From Alphaproteobacteria bacterium (GTDB taxonomy: Bacteria; Pseudomonadota; Alphaproteobacteria; DSM-16000; Inquilinaceae), in NCBI GenBank assembly GCA_965227455.1, contig OZ245752.1, positions 5,172,822 through 5,236,821 on the forward strand: DNA of 64,000 bases, given 5' to 3'. The notes under the pieces were generated by a model, which saw only the letters and a list, made by a program, of their open reading frames with translations, was not told the origin of the DNA and searched no databases. Each line of letters begins with the position of its first letter. Position 1 is the stretch's first letter. This document shows, in pieces, positions 12,719-22,957 of the stretch. Position numbers and translations under genes: made by a program.

Positions 12719-14118
12719 GCGCTGGGCCCGACCATGTTCTCCGGCCGCACCCATTGGTCGAACTGCTCCTCGGTCAGCAGCTCCAGTGCCACCGCCGCGG
12801 CCTTCAGGGTGGAGCCGTCGGCATAGGCCTTCTTGGCGACCTTGGCGGCGTTGTCGTAGCCGATATGCGGGTTGAGCGCCGTCACCAGCATCAGGGATTC
12901 GTGCAGCAGGGAGTCGATGCGCTCGCGGTTGGCCTCGATGCCGACCACGCAATTGTCGGCGAAGCTGCGCGCCGAGTCGGCCAGCAGCCGGATCGACTGC
13001 AGCAGGTTGAAGATCATCACCGGCTTGAAGACGTTCAGCTCGTAATGGCCGTTGGACCCGGCGATGCTGACGGCGGTGTGGTTGCCCATCACCTGGGCGC
13101 AGACCATGGTCATGGCCTCCGACTGGGTCGGGTTGACCTTGCCCGGCATGATCGATGAGCCCGGCTCGTTGGCCGGCAGGACCAGCTCGCCGATGCCGCA
13201 GCGCGGGCCGGAGCCCAGCAGGCGGATGTCATTGGCGATCTTCATCAGGCTGACGGCGACCGTGTTGCAGGCGCCCGACGCCTCCACCACGGCGTCATGG
13301 GCCGCCAGGGCCTCGAACTTGTTCTCCGCCGTCACGAATGCGAAATCGGTGATGCGCGCGACCTCTGCCGCAAAGGCCTCGGCGAAGCCCTCCTTGGCAT
13401 TCAGCCCGCTGCCGACGGCGGTCCCGCCCTGAGCCAGCTGCAGCAGGCGCGGCAGGGTGTCGCGCACCCGGGCGATGCCATAGGCCACCTGGCAGGCATA
13501 GCCGGAGAACTCCTGCCCCAGAGTCAGCGGCGTGGCGTCCTGCAGATGGGTGCGGCCGATCTTGACGATCTCGGCGAATTCCTTGGCCTTGCCGTCCAGG
13601 GCCGCGTGCAGGTGCTCCAGGCACGGGATCAGCTCGTGCTCGATCTGCTCCACGGCTGAGATATGCATGACGGTCGGGAAGGTGTCGTTGGACGACTGGC
13701 CCATATTGCAGTGGTCATTGGGATGGACCGGCGATTTCGAGCCGATCTCGCCGCCCAGCATCTCGATCGCCCGGTTGGCGATGACCTCATTGGCGTTCAT
13801 GTTGGTCTGGGTGCCGGATCCGGTCTGCCAGACCACCAGGGGAAAATGCTCGGCCAGGGTGCCGTCGATGACCTCCTCGGTGGCGGCCACGATGGCCTCG
13901 CCGACCTTGGTGTCGAGCGCGCCCAGCGACATGTTGACCAGGGCCGCCGCCTTCTTCTGGATGCCCAGGGCCCGCACCAGCGGTGCCGGCATGCGCTCGC
14001 CGCCGATCTTGAAGTTCTGCAGCGACCGCTGGGTCTGGGCGCCCCAATAGCGGTCGGCGGGCACCTCCATCTCGCCCAGGCTGTCGGTCTCGATGCGGAT
14101 GTCTGGCGTGTCGGCCAT
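12715..14118 (-). CDS. fumC: Class II fumarate hydratase
   Basis: [19 protein letters not shown] signature and FumC-length protein. The start is set at the internal ATG ([16 protein letters not shown]). Confidence 0.9.
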   Translation of the reverse strand: MADTPDIRIETDSLGEMEVPADRYWGAQTQRSLQNFKIGGERMPAPLVRALGIQKKAAALVNMSLGALDTKVGEAIVAATEEVIDGTLAEHFPLVVWQTGSGTQTNMNANEVIANRAIEMLGGEIGSKSPVHPNDHCNMGQSSNDTFPTVMHISAVEQIEHELIPCLEHLHAALDGKAKEFAEIVKIGRTHLQDATPLTLGQEFSGYACQVAYGIARVRDTLPRLLQLAQGGTAVGSGLNAKEGFAEAFAAEVARITDFAFVTAENKFEALAAHDAVVEASGACNTVAVSLMKIANDIRLLGSGPRCGIGELVLPANEPGSSIMPGKVNPTQSEAMTMVCAQVMGNHTAVSIAGSNGHYELNVFKPVMIFNLLQSIRLLADSARSFADNCVVGIEANRERIDSLLHESLMLVTALNPHIGYDNAAKVAKKAYADGSTLKAAAVALELLTEEQFDQWVRPENMVGPSA

Positions 14119-14222
14119 GGATCGGATCTCCAAGGAATTCAAGGCGGCGGTGTGCTCGCCCGTCATCATAATCTGCGGTCGGGGGTCATGACGACCCGGG
14201 CGTCACGGCATTTGTAGATCAC

Positions 14223-14397
14223 CACAGAGACACGGAGACACAGAGACCCAAAGATCCCTACCAGTCGTCATTCCCGCGAAAGCGGGAATCCAGAAGTCAC
14301 AGTTCTGACGGCGGAACCTCTGGGAAACCTGGATTCCCGCTTTCGCGGGAATGACGAAGTTCATGTTGATTTGGTTCTCTGTGTCTCTGCGCCTCTG
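14223..14397. repeat. Family-A composite palindromic element. Inner double hairpin: GTCATTCCCGCGAAAGCGGGAATCCAG ... CTGGATTCCCGCTTTCGCGGGAATGAC. Outer inverted arms: CACAGAGACACGGAGACACAGAGACC / GGTTCTCTGTGTCTCTG.
   Basis: Nested inverted repeats seen directly in the sequence. The same inner element recurs at 34449-34539. Spurious ORFs through it translate to IPAKAGIQ / WIPAFAGMT. Confidence 0.75.
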
Positions 14398-14429
14398 CGG
14401 TTCGAAACGGTTGGTTCCGGCATCGGCCC

Positions 14430-15512
14430 TTAGGATGTTCTGGGCGTCAGACGGGTTACGTGCCCCATCTTGCGGCCCGGGCGGGCTTCGGCCTTGCCGT
14501 AGAGGTGCAGCCGGGCGCCGGGGTCCGCCAGCAGGTCGGGCCAGGTCTCGGCATCGGCCCCGATCAGATTGGTCATGACCGCGTCGGAGTGGCGGTCGAC
14601 GGCGCCCAGCGGCAGGCCGCAGATCGCCCGGACCAGCTGTTCGAACTGGCTGGTGGCGCAGGCGTCCAGGGTCCAATGGCCCGAATTGTGCGGTCGCGGC
14701 GCCAGCTCGTTGACCAGCAGCCGGCCATCGGCGGTGTGGAACATCTCCACCGCAAGCAACCCGACGATGTCCAGCGCCTCGATCAGCCGGCCGGCGATTT
14801 CCTCCGCCGCTTCGGCCTCGGTGTCGGGCAGCGCCGCCGGTACGATGGTCTCGGCCAGGATATGGTCGCGATGGCGGTTCTCGACCGGCGGGTAGCAGGT
14901 GATGGTGCCGTCCAGCGCGCGCGCGGCGATCACCGAAAGCTCGAAGTCGAAATCGACGAATCCTTCCAGGATCGCCGGCTGGTCGCCTATTCGCGCGGCG
15001 GCGGCCTCGGCCTCACCGGCCTCGCGGATGACCGCCTGGGCCTTGCCGTCATAGCCCATGCGGGTCGATTTCAGCACCGCCGGGGCGCCGATCTCCGCCA
15101 GCGCCGCCGGCAGCTCGGTCGCAGCCGGCACCGAACGGTAGGGCGCTACGGCGACGCCGAGGCCGGAGACGAAATCCTTCTCGGCGAGCCGGTCCTGGCA
15201 GATCGACAGCGCCTTCGGCCCGGGCCGCACCGGCACCCGTTCGGCCAGGAAGGCGACGGTGTGGTGCGGGATGTTCTCGAACTCGTAGGTCGCGACGTCG
15301 ACCGACTTGGCGAAGCGCTCCAGCGCGGCCTCATCGCCATAGGTGGACAGGGTCGCGCGGTCGGTGACCTGGGCCGTCGGGCTGTCCGGCTCCGGGCAGA
15401 AGACATGGGTGCGATAGCCGAGGCGCGCCGCCGCCTGGGCCGTCATGCGGCCGAGCTGGCCGCCGCCCAGCATGCCGATGGTGCTGCCGGGCGGGAGCGT
15501 CCTGTCGGTCAT
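14430..15512 (-). CDS. purK: N5-carboxyaminoimidazole ribonucleotide synthase
   Basis: ATP-grasp PurK sequence ([10 protein letters not shown] ... [10 protein letters not shown]). The start ATG overlaps the purE stop (ATGA). Confidence 0.9.
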   Translation of the reverse strand: MTDRTLPPGSTIGMLGGGQLGRMTAQAAARLGYRTHVFCPEPDSPTAQVTDRATLSTYGDEAALERFAKSVDVATYEFENIPHHTVAFLAERVPVRPGPKALSICQDRLAEKDFVSGLGVAVAPYRSVPAATELPAALAEIGAPAVLKSTRMGYDGKAQAVIREAGEAEAAAARIGDQPAILEGFVDFDFELSVIAARALDGTITCYPPVENRHRDHILAETIVPAALPDTEAEAAEEIAGRLIEALDIVGLLAVEMFHTADGRLLVNELAPRPHNSGHWTLDACATSQFEQLVRAICGLPLGAVDRHSDAVMTNLIGADAETWPDLLADPGARLHLYGKAEARPGRKMGHVTRLTPRTS

Positions 15513-16015
15513 TCGTCGGCCGGTGCGGCAGCCACGGCCTCGGTCTGCCGCGCCCGCCAGGCGTCCAGCGCCGCCGCCACCTCGCTGTCGCCCAAAGCCA
15601 GGATCGAGGCGGCCAGCAGGGCTGCGTTGATGGCGCCCGGCTTGCCGATGGCCAGGGTCCCGACCGGCACGCCGCCGGGCATCTGGACGATGGACAGCAG
15701 GCTGTCCATGCCCTGCAGCGCCTTGCTCTCCACCGGCACGCCCAGGACCGGCAGGGGTGTCATTGCAGCCGTCATTCCGGGAAGGTGGGCCGCGCCGCCG
15801 GCACCGGCGATGATGACCTGGATGCCGCTCTCCCGGGCCGAGGTGGCGTAGTCGCGAAGCCGCTCGGGCGTGCGGTGGGCGGAGACGATCCGGGTCTCGT
15901 GGTCGATACCCAGGGCGGCGAGGGTTTCCGCGGCATGGCGCATCGTCGCCCAGTCCGACTGGCTGCCCATGATGATCCCGACAGGGGGAGCGTTTTGCGA
16001 GGGCCGGTCGGTCAT
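15509..16015 (-). CDS. purE: N5-carboxyaminoimidazole ribonucleotide mutase
   Basis: 168 aa with the PurE core ([11 protein letters not shown] ... [13 protein letters not shown]). Confidence 0.9.
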   Translation of the reverse strand: MTDRPSQNAPPVGIIMGSQSDWATMRHAAETLAALGIDHETRIVSAHRTPERLRDYATSARESGIQVIIAGAGGAAHLPGMTAAMTPLPVLGVPVESKALQGMDSLLSIVQMPGGVPVGTLAIGKPGAINAALLAASILALGDSEVAAALDAWRARQTEAVAAAPADE

Positions 16016-16212
16016 GATAGCGACTTCTGGTTGAGCGATGGCTGTTGATATTCATCATCTACGATGAATAAGCGGGCGATTATAGGCGGACAGGTATCCG
16101 GCACAAGTGTTGTCAGGAATTCGTCGCAGGACCGGCGTTTAGAATTTGGTATGATATTTACGCAAGACTTCGAAGTTGGTCACCAGTCAGCCGCGATAGG
16201 CGTTCGACGCCG

Positions 16213-16941
16213 ATGAGAATCTCTGGCAAGGGGCCGGCCCAGCCGGCTGCCACCGTAAGGCCCGTGTCCGGCGTTTCCGCGCCGGCCAAGACGGAGGCCA
16301 GTTCGGCCGCCCCGGCCCGTTCCGTCGGCGAGGTGGCCACCTTCCTTGGAATTCCGGAGGCCGAGCTGACGCCCAGCGTACGCGAGGGCCTGTCCAAGCT
16401 GATGGCGGAAGTCGAGCGGCTGCGCCAGGACAATGAGGAGAAGGATCGGCGGATCAGCTATCTCGAGCGCCTGGCTGACGAAGACCCGCTGATGCCGATT
16501 CTGAACCGCCGCGCCTTCGTGCGCGAGCTGTCGCGGATGATGGCCTTCACCGACCGCTATGGCGGTGTCTCAAGCGTCGTCTTCTTCGATGTCGACGGCA
16601 TGAAGGCGATCAACGATACCTATACCCATGCCGCCGGCGACGAGGCGCTGGCGCATGTGGCCAACACCCTGCTGAACAATGTCCGCGGTTCCGACGTGGT
16701 CGGCCGCCTGGGCGGCGACGAGTTCGGCGTGCTGCTGGTGCAGGCCGACCAGGCGGCGGCAAACGGCAAGGGTGCGGCGCTTGCGGAGACCATCAGCTCG
16801 ACTCCGTTCTTCCATGACGGAAACTCGCTGACGGTGTCGGTGTCCTACGGGGCGTTCGCATTCTCCGGCGCGGGCGAGCCGGATGAAATCCTGAACGCCG
16901 CCGACCGGGCAATGTACGAGCGCAAGCGGCGCTCGCCTTAG
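16213..16941 (+). CDS. Stand-alone GGDEF-domain diguanylate cyclase
   Basis: GGDEF motif (RLGGDEFGVLL) and an A-site. The low-complexity N-terminus is followed by a short coiled-coil segment. Confidence 0.85.
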   Translation: MRISGKGPAQPAATVRPVSGVSAPAKTEASSAAPARSVGEVATFLGIPEAELTPSVREGLSKLMAEVERLRQDNEEKDRRISYLERLADEDPLMPILNRRAFVRELSRMMAFTDRYGGVSSVVFFDVDGMKAINDTYTHAAGDEALAHVANTLLNNVRGSDVVGRLGGDEFGVLLVQADQAAANGKGAALAETISSTPFFHDGNSLTVSVSYGAFAFSGAGEPDEILNAADRAMYERKRRSP

Positions 16942-16958
16942 TCCTTCCGGATATCGCC

Positions 16959-17162
16959 TTAGGCGATGATATCCGGCAGCAGCTGGCTCTCGATCTTGGC
17001 GATTTCGTCCTTCAGCATCAGCTTACGCTTCTTCAACCGCTTGATTTGCAATTGGTTGGCGGGCGTGTCACCGGTGATCTGGCCGATAACGTCGTCAAGG
17101 TCGCGATGTTCCAGCCGAAGGGATACAAGCCTCTCTTGCATATCCTCGGTCTCGTCCATCAA
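16959..17162 (-). CDS. DUF465-family small protein
   Basis: 67 aa with the characteristic LKKRKLMLKDEI C-terminal motif. Confidence 0.7.
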   Translation of the reverse strand: MMDETEDMQERLVSLRLEHRDLDDVIGQITGDTPANQLQIKRLKKRKLMLKDEIAKIESQLLPDIIA

Positions 17163-17369
17163 CGCCGTCCCTCTCGATCCTCGACGCGTCGAATACTAAC
17201 AGAACTCGCGCCCGTTCGCATCTCCGCTGGCGGCATTCCGCGGAGCCGTCGCCGGGAAATCGGCGAAGTAGGGGTGCGAACGCATTGCGGCTCCATAATC
17301 CGTTGCGGTGGGGACGCTTTCTGCTAAACCTACGCGCTGTTTGCCCATGGCGACCTGGGACTCTCGAAC

Positions 17370-18464
17370 ATGGTAAGCGAAAAGCGCATTGGCATCCTGA
17401 CCAGCGGCGGCGATTGCGCCGGGCTGAACGCGGTCATCCGGGCTTCGGTCTATCGGGCCGCGGAGCTGGGCTGGACGGTGATCGGCATCAAGGAAGGCAC
17501 CATGGGGCTGCTGTCGCGGCCGCTGCAATACGAGGTGCTGCGGCCGGAACGCTTCAACGGCAATATCCTGCGCCTGGGCGGCACCATCCTCGGCACCACC
17601 AACAAGGGCAATCCGTTCGATTTCCCGATGGCCGACGGCAGCCACAAGGACCGCTCGGAGGAGATCATCGGCGGTTGCCGGGAACTCGGTCTCGAGGCGC
17701 TGATCGTCATCGGCGGCGACGGCAGCCTGGCGATCCTGCGGAAGCTGGCGCAGCAGGGCGATCTGAAGATCGTCGGCATTCCCAAGACCATCGACAACGA
17801 TGTCGGGTTGACCGAGACTTCGGTCGGGTTCGACACCGCCGTGACGGTGGCCACCGAGGCCCTGGACCGGCTGCAGCCGACGGCGGCCAGTCACGCCCGG
17901 GTCATGGTATTGGAGGTCATGGGCCGTGATGCCGGCCATATTGCGCTCTATGCCGGGGTGGCCGGCGGCGCCGATGTGATCCTGATCCCGGAGATCCCGT
18001 ACTCGATCGAGGGCATCTGCGAAAAGATCCACAGGGTGCGCCAGATCGGCCGCAACTTCGCGCTGGTGGTCGTCTCCGAGGCGGTGAAGACGCTCGGCGG
18101 CGATGCCTTGCAGAAGGAGTATCATGGCGGCGAGAAGCGTTTCGGCGGCATCGGCGACTATCTGAGCGAGCGGATCGCGGCGGCGACCGGGGCCGAATCC
18201 CGGGTCACGGTGCTTGGCCATGTGCAGCGCGGCTCGAGTCCGAGCTGGCGGGACCGGCTGCTGGCCACCAGTTTCGGCGTGCATGCGGTCGACCTGATCG
18301 CTCAGGGCAAGTTCGACCGCATGGTCGCCTGGTCGAATCGCCAGGTGGTCGACGTGCCGCTGGAAGAGGCGATCGCCGACTACCAGGACGTTGAGCTGGA
18401 AGGCTCCCTGGTCAAGACCGCGCGCGGCCTCGGGATCTATATCGGCGACGAACCCGCGAGCTGA
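17370..18464 (+). CDS. pfk: 6-phosphofructokinase (PfkA-type; ATP vs PPi dependence not decidable by eye)
   Basis: GILTSGGDCAGLNAVIRA and IVIGGDGS motifs; 364 aa. Confidence 0.9.
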   Translation: MVSEKRIGILTSGGDCAGLNAVIRASVYRAAELGWTVIGIKEGTMGLLSRPLQYEVLRPERFNGNILRLGGTILGTTNKGNPFDFPMADGSHKDRSEEIIGGCRELGLEALIVIGGDGSLAILRKLAQQGDLKIVGIPKTIDNDVGLTETSVGFDTAVTVATEALDRLQPTAASHARVMVLEVMGRDAGHIALYAGVAGGADVILIPEIPYSIEGICEKIHRVRQIGRNFALVVVSEAVKTLGGDALQKEYHGGEKRFGGIGDYLSERIAAATGAESRVTVLGHVQRGSSPSWRDRLLATSFGVHAVDLIAQGKFDRMVAWSNRQVVDVPLEEAIADYQDVELEGSLVKTARGLGIYIGDEPAS

Positions 18465-18688
18465 CCCGGCGGGCCCGTAGGCCTCTGATTTTCCGCAATA
18501 TCTGCGGCGTTCCTACCGCGTCGCGACCGCCGCTGCGCCGGCTTCGCCGGGCGTTCGAGCCGGCATCGGACGTGCCGGCGGATGTCCGGCTGCGACGGTT
18601 TGTCTATGGGATTGATTTGTCATAATCCGGCCGCTGGTCATATAGTTGTAACGACTGGACCGCCGTCCAGTGATCGACTGACCAACTG

Positions 18689-18889
18689 TTGGAGACTGGA
18701 ATGTCGGAAATAGAGCGGATGGATTCCTTGCGTGCCAGGCATTCGAGCCTGGATGAGCAACTCAAGATCGAAATCCAGCGTCCGCTCCCCAACGCCGAAG
18801 AGATATCCCGACTGAAACGAGAAAAACTTAGACTGAAAGACGAGATCTTCCGACTCTCCAGCCATTCGGCGGAAACCAGGGTCGGCTAG
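18689..18889 (+). CDS. DUF465-family small protein (second paralogue)
   Basis: 66 aa with the LKREKLRLKDEI motif. Confidence 0.7.
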   Translation: METGMSEIERMDSLRARHSSLDEQLKIEIQRPLPNAEEISRLKREKLRLKDEIFRLSSHSAETRVG

Positions 18890-19019
18890 AACGCCGCAAG
18901 CGGCGGACAGCGACGTCCGCCGCTTTTTGCTGAACGCCACTGCAAGGCGCCGGTACCTCTGCAAATCCGGCAGGGGGCGCGGGTGGTTTTGTGAATCGCC
19001 GCGGCCTGCGGAGCACCGC

Positions 19020-19661
19020 CTAGAGCGGCTCGGATTCCGATTCCACCGATAGAGACGCAAAATCCGGCATTGCCGGTTCCCCGGTTTCGCCGCCATCCGC
19101 GGCCGCATCGTCTTCGACCGGAGCCGGCTTGGCGGATTTCGCGGATTTGCGCACCTTCGACAGCGCCTCCTCCAGTTCCTTCTGGGTGCACAATCCCAGC
19201 AGCACCGGATGCTGCGGCTTGATGTTCGCCGAGTTCCAGTGAGTCCGCTCGCGCACAGCGTTGATGGTCGGCTTGGTGGTGCCGATCATGCGCGAGATGG
19301 CGGCGTCGCTCAGCTCCGGATGGGATTTCAGCAGCCAGGCGATGGCATCCGGCTTGTCGCCGCGCTTGGTCACCGGGGTATAGCGCGGACCCTTGGACCG
19401 CTGGGTCGGCGCCGGCAGGTCGGATTCCGCCATTTTCAGCTTGGCGGACGGATCGGCGGAGCAGCGGTCGATTTCCGCCTGGGTCAGCTGGCCGTTGGCG
19501 ATGGGGTCCAGGCCGACCATGCCGATCGCAACCTCCTGGTCGGCGATGGCATTGACCTCCAGCTCGTGCAGGCCGCAGAACTCGGCGATCTGCTGAAAGG
19601 TCAGCGCGGTGTTCTCGACCAGCCACACGGCGGTTGCCTTGGGCATCAACAACTGGGCCAT
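19020..19661 (-). CDS. DUF1013-family protein (alphaproteobacteria-conserved)
   Basis: N-terminus MAQLLMPKATAVWLVENTALTFQQIAEFCGLHELEV is characteristic of the family. The C-terminal tail is acidic and Ala/Pro-rich. Confidence 0.7.
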   Translation of the reverse strand: MAQLLMPKATAVWLVENTALTFQQIAEFCGLHELEVNAIADQEVAIGMVGLDPIANGQLTQAEIDRCSADPSAKLKMAESDLPAPTQRSKGPRYTPVTKRGDKPDAIAWLLKSHPELSDAAISRMIGTTKPTINAVRERTHWNSANIKPQHPVLLGLCTQKELEEALSKVRKSAKSAKPAPVEDDAAADGGETGEPAMPDFASLSVESESEPL

Positions 19662-19822
19662 CTATCCTCCTTCACCGGCCATCCGGCACGGTGGCAATAG
19701 GCTATCGCTGCGCACCCGGGTCCGGGCGCGGCGCCAAGTGGCGTCTCTCCGCTAAGTCGCTGGATACCGGCAATATAGGGTTTTGCAACGGCGAAGCAAC
19801 GCCGCTTTTCCGGGGAGGTTCG

Positions 19823-20836
19823 TCAGCTGCCTGCCAGCAGCACGATCTTCCCGATATGGGCGCCCTCATCCAGCATGGTGTGCGCCGCCGCCGCCTCTGC
19901 CAGCGGGAAGGTGGCATGCATCACCGGTTTGACGGCGCCGGAATCCAACAGCGGCCAGACCTTGTCGCGCAGGGATCGGGCGATGGCGGCCTTGTCGGCC
20001 GGAGAGCGGGGCCTGAGCGTCGATCCGGTCAGGGTCAGCCGCTTCACCATCATCACCTGGATGTTGAACGTCGCCTGGGCACCGCCCAGAACGGCGATGC
20101 TGACATGCCGGCCGTCCACCGCCATCGCATCGATGTCGCGGGCCAGGTATTCGCCGCCGACCATGTCGAGCACCACATCCACACCGGTTCCGCCGGTCAG
20201 GTCGCGGACGATGGGACCGAAATCCTCTTCGCGGTAATTGATCGCGCGCTCCGCCCCCAGCGCCTCGCAGGCGGCGCATTTTTCGGCGTTTCCGGCGGTG
20301 GTGAAGACCCGCGCGCCGAACGCCTTGGCAAGCTGGATGGCGGTGGTGCCGATGCCGCTGGACCCGCCATGGACCAGGAAGGACTCGCCCTCCTGCAGCC
20401 GCCCGCGGTCGAACACGTTGGTCCAGACGGTGAAATAGGTCTCCGGAAGGGCCGCGGCCTCGGTCAGGGACAGGCCCTTGGGTATCGGCAGGCAATGGGC
20501 GGCATAGGTGACGCAGTACTCGGCATAGCCGCCGCCCGGTGTCAGGGCGCAGACCTGGTCGCCGACCTTCCAGCCGGCATCTTCCGCGCCTGGGCCGAGC
20601 GCAGCCACGGTTCCCGCGACCTCCAGACCGGGGAGCGGGCTTGCATCCGGCGGCGGCGCATAGGCCCCCTTGCGTTGCAGCACGTCCGGGCGGTTCACGC
20701 CGGCCGCCTCGACGGCGATCAGGAGCTGCCCTTCGCCCGGCTCCGGCAGCGGGACCGTCGCCGGCTGCAATACCTCTGGGCCGCCGGGCTCGACGATCTG
20801 GATGGCGGTCATGGAGGCGGGCAATCCCGTGCTCAT
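19823..20836 (-). CDS. NADPH:quinone oxidoreductase (MDR family, Qor/PIG3-like)
   Basis: Enoyl-reductase-like MDR sequence (GVNRPDVLQRKG ... LVHGGSSGIGTTAIQLAK). The start is chosen at the ATG preceded by GGAG; the ORF track extends upstream to a TTG at 20959. Confidence 0.8.
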   Translation of the reverse strand: MSTGLPASMTAIQIVEPGGPEVLQPATVPLPEPGEGQLLIAVEAAGVNRPDVLQRKGAYAPPPDASPLPGLEVAGTVAALGPGAEDAGWKVGDQVCALTPGGGYAEYCVTYAAHCLPIPKGLSLTEAAALPETYFTVWTNVFDRGRLQEGESFLVHGGSSGIGTTAIQLAKAFGARVFTTAGNAEKCAACEALGAERAINYREEDFGPIVRDLTGGTGVDVVLDMVGGEYLARDIDAMAVDGRHVSIAVLGGAQATFNIQVMMVKRLTLTGSTLRPRSPADKAAIARSLRDKVWPLLDSGAVKPVMHATFPLAEAAAAHTMLDEGAHIGKIVLLAGS

Positions 20837-20917
20837 CGGTGGTCTCCGCTTGGCGCACGCAGGGCTTGCAGGTGTAGCCGCCGGTCCGCAAAGTGGCAAC
20901 AAAGATGGAGGACACCG

Positions 20918-21100
20918 ATGGATCTTGACGACCTGGAACCCCGGAACCGGCCGCCGCAAAAGAAGAACCTCGACGTCATGTCCCTGGACGAGCTGGACGA
21001 CTACATCGTGGAGCTGAAGGCGGAAATCGCCCGCGTCGAGCAGGAAATCTCAAAGAAGAAGGAGCACCGCGACAGCGCCGACGCGATCTTCAAATCCTAG
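20918..21100 (+). CDS. DUF1192-family small protein
   Basis: 60 aa: MDLDDLEPRNRPPQKKNLDVMSLDELDDYIVELKAEIARVEQEI. This is the only real part of the 488-aa plus-strand ORF. Confidence 0.7.
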   Translation: MDLDDLEPRNRPPQKKNLDVMSLDELDDYIVELKAEIARVEQEISKKKEHRDSADAIFKS

Positions 21101-21125
21101 GTCCGGCGGATTGAGGGGCGGTCGG

Positions 21126-21530
21126 TCAGGCCGCCTCGCGCATCATCTCGTCGAGACGGCCGACCCGCTCGTACAGGCTCAGCGTGCGGTCGAGCAGGGT
21201 GCAGATCGCCGGCGGCAGGCGGTCGTCGTCGGCGAAGCGGTCCTCCAGGCAGACCAGCTGGCCGCCGACGGCATAATCCGCCAACGCCTCGACCGGTGAG
21301 ATCTCGCCGATCTGGGCCGCCCGCTGGCCGAGCAACCAGGCCATGGATTGGGTCAGCCGGCAGGTGACGCGCATGGTCTCCTGGGTGGCGATCAGGCGGG
21401 TTTCCGGATCCAGCGGCTGCAGATCGGCGGTTTCCTGATAGGCGATGTAGTTGCGCGCCTCGACCAGCAGGGCCAGGGCCTCTTCATAGGTCTTGTCGAA
21501 GAAGGCCGACACGGCGACGACTTCACTCAT
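21126..21530 (-). CDS. DUF1465-family protein
   Basis: MSEVVAVSAFFDKTYEEALALLVEARNYIAY N-terminus is typical of the family. Conserved synteny with qor/DUF1192 in alphaproteobacteria. Confidence 0.7.
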   Translation of the reverse strand: MSEVVAVSAFFDKTYEEALALLVEARNYIAYQETADLQPLDPETRLIATQETMRVTCRLTQSMAWLLGQRAAQIGEISPVEALADYAVGGQLVCLEDRFADDDRLPPAICTLLDRTLSLYERVGRLDEMMREAA

Positions 21531-21790
21531 GATGTGCCTCCCCCCGTGTCGACTGCATGTCCATTTGCTGCCGCGAAACCCGTGTTTCGCGGTCCCGACA
21601 CACTGCATCGCGGGCGTTAAAATAAGGTGCACGCGCGCCCGGCGCCGATGGCCGGATGCCTTGAAAGACACATCGTCGCTTCCCAGATTCAATGCGTGGC
21701 CGGATGCCTCCAAGGGTCCGGCCCTTAACCCGAAATGGCGTGGCCAAAGCGGCGCGCCGCAACTCTGGTATCGCTCAAAGGAGGATATCC

Positions 21791-22249
21791 ATGACCGGTT
21801 TTGACCTGTCTCCCCTGTTCCGTTCCACCGTTGGCTTCGACCGCCTGTCGCGGGCGCTGGACACTGCGTTCCAGTCCGACGCGCGGGTCCAGGGCTACCC
21901 GCCCTACAACATCGAGAAGACCGGTGAGAACGACTACCGCATCACCATGGCCGTCGCCGGCTTCGGCGAGGACGACATCGAGGTCACCCAGGCCGAGAAC
22001 ACGCTCGTCGTGCGCGGCAAGGTCGAAAAAGAGGAAGAGCAGGGCCGCGTCCTGCATCGCGGCATTGCCGCGCGCAGCTTTGAGCGGCGCTTCCAGCTTG
22101 CCGACTATATCGAGGTCCGCGAAGCCAATCTGGTGAACGGGATGCTGCATATCAGCTTGGTGCGCGAGGTTCCCGAGGCCATGAAGCCGCGGACCATCGC
22201 CATCGGCAGTGCCGCCCCGGCGCAGATCGAGTCGCGCAAGGCCGCGTAA
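21791..22249 (+). CDS. Hsp20 / alpha-crystallin family small heat-shock protein
   Basis: ACD core (YPPYNIEKTGENDYRITMAVAGFGEDDIEV ... LHISL). A strong SD (AAAGGAGGA) precedes the ATG. Confidence 0.9.
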   Translation: MTGFDLSPLFRSTVGFDRLSRALDTAFQSDARVQGYPPYNIEKTGENDYRITMAVAGFGEDDIEVTQAENTLVVRGKVEKEEEQGRVLHRGIAARSFERRFQLADYIEVREANLVNGMLHISLVREVPEAMKPRTIAIGSAAPAQIESRKAA

Positions 22250-22411
22250 ATCCGAACCATCTTATTGCGGTAAAGACAGGAGGCGGCGCTCCGGTTCGGC
22301 GCGCCGTTTTCCGCCGCATATGCGAAGAGACGGCCTCGCAACGGAAGTAAGAATCTGATCCTAACGCGAAGTCTGAAAAGTTACGCCACTAATTGGCGAT
22401 CATATAGGCAA

Positions 22412-22446
22412 GAAAAAAGGGGCGCCTGCGGCTGGCCCCTTTTTTG
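22412..22446. terminator. GC-rich hairpin flanked by an A-run and a T-run (bidirectional rho-independent terminator)
   Basis: AAAAAAGGGGCGCC..GGCTGGCCCCTTTTTT, read directly from the sequence. It lies downstream of hsp20. Confidence 0.5.
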
Positions 22447-22563
22447 AATTCTTGTTTTTGCCTCACCTGCTCAACCCGAGCAAGGGCTGCACACTATGGT
22501 TACATTTTTGCGACGTCAAGCCGAATTTGTGGTTAACCCACGGAGTTGCCAGGGATTTTGCGC

Positions 22564-22593
22564 AAAAAAAAGAGCCGCCCAAAGGGACGGCTC
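22564..22593 (-). terminator. Rho-independent terminator on the minus strand (GAGCCGTCCCTTTGGGCGGCTC + T8)
   Basis: Reverse complement of AAAAAAAAGAGCCGCCCAAAGGGACGGCTC. It lies ~390 nt downstream of the stop of the 236-aa minus-strand gene. Confidence 0.5.
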
Positions 22594-22957
22594 AGGTTCA
22601 ACAGGGAGGCATCAACAAGAATCGGATCAATCAGAGACGGTACAACCGCCTAATCCGATAATGGTCAGCGTAGAGGCCATCCATTAAGGATTGGTTAACA
22701 GCCAAACTCTATTCCCGGCGGCCGATATCACGAACTCGTCACGCCCAGTAGCTCGCCGTTTATCCAGGATTCTCTAAGGAAATTTGGCCCGCGGGAACGT
22801 CCATTGCGGGCCCGTATGCCCGATGAACCGTTAGGATTCTCGGCGACGAAAAATACGAAAGGTAAGAAATTTCCTGAACCGATCCGGCAAGCTTCGCGCC
22901 AGATCATGTCACGGACACCAGGTCGACGCGGTCCGGCGGCGGACCGGCCGGAGCGAT

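Noticed and set aside
14430-16058. 542-aa merged minus-strand ORF
   Set aside because: Only the downstream 361 codons are purK. The upstream part runs antisense through purE in another frame and is Arg-rich junk. purE is the separate 168-aa ORF in its own frame.
19634-21100. 488-aa plus-strand ORF
   Set aside because: It is antisense to the quinone-oxidoreductase gene for most of its length. Only the last 60 codons (20918-21100) correspond to a real DUF1192 gene.
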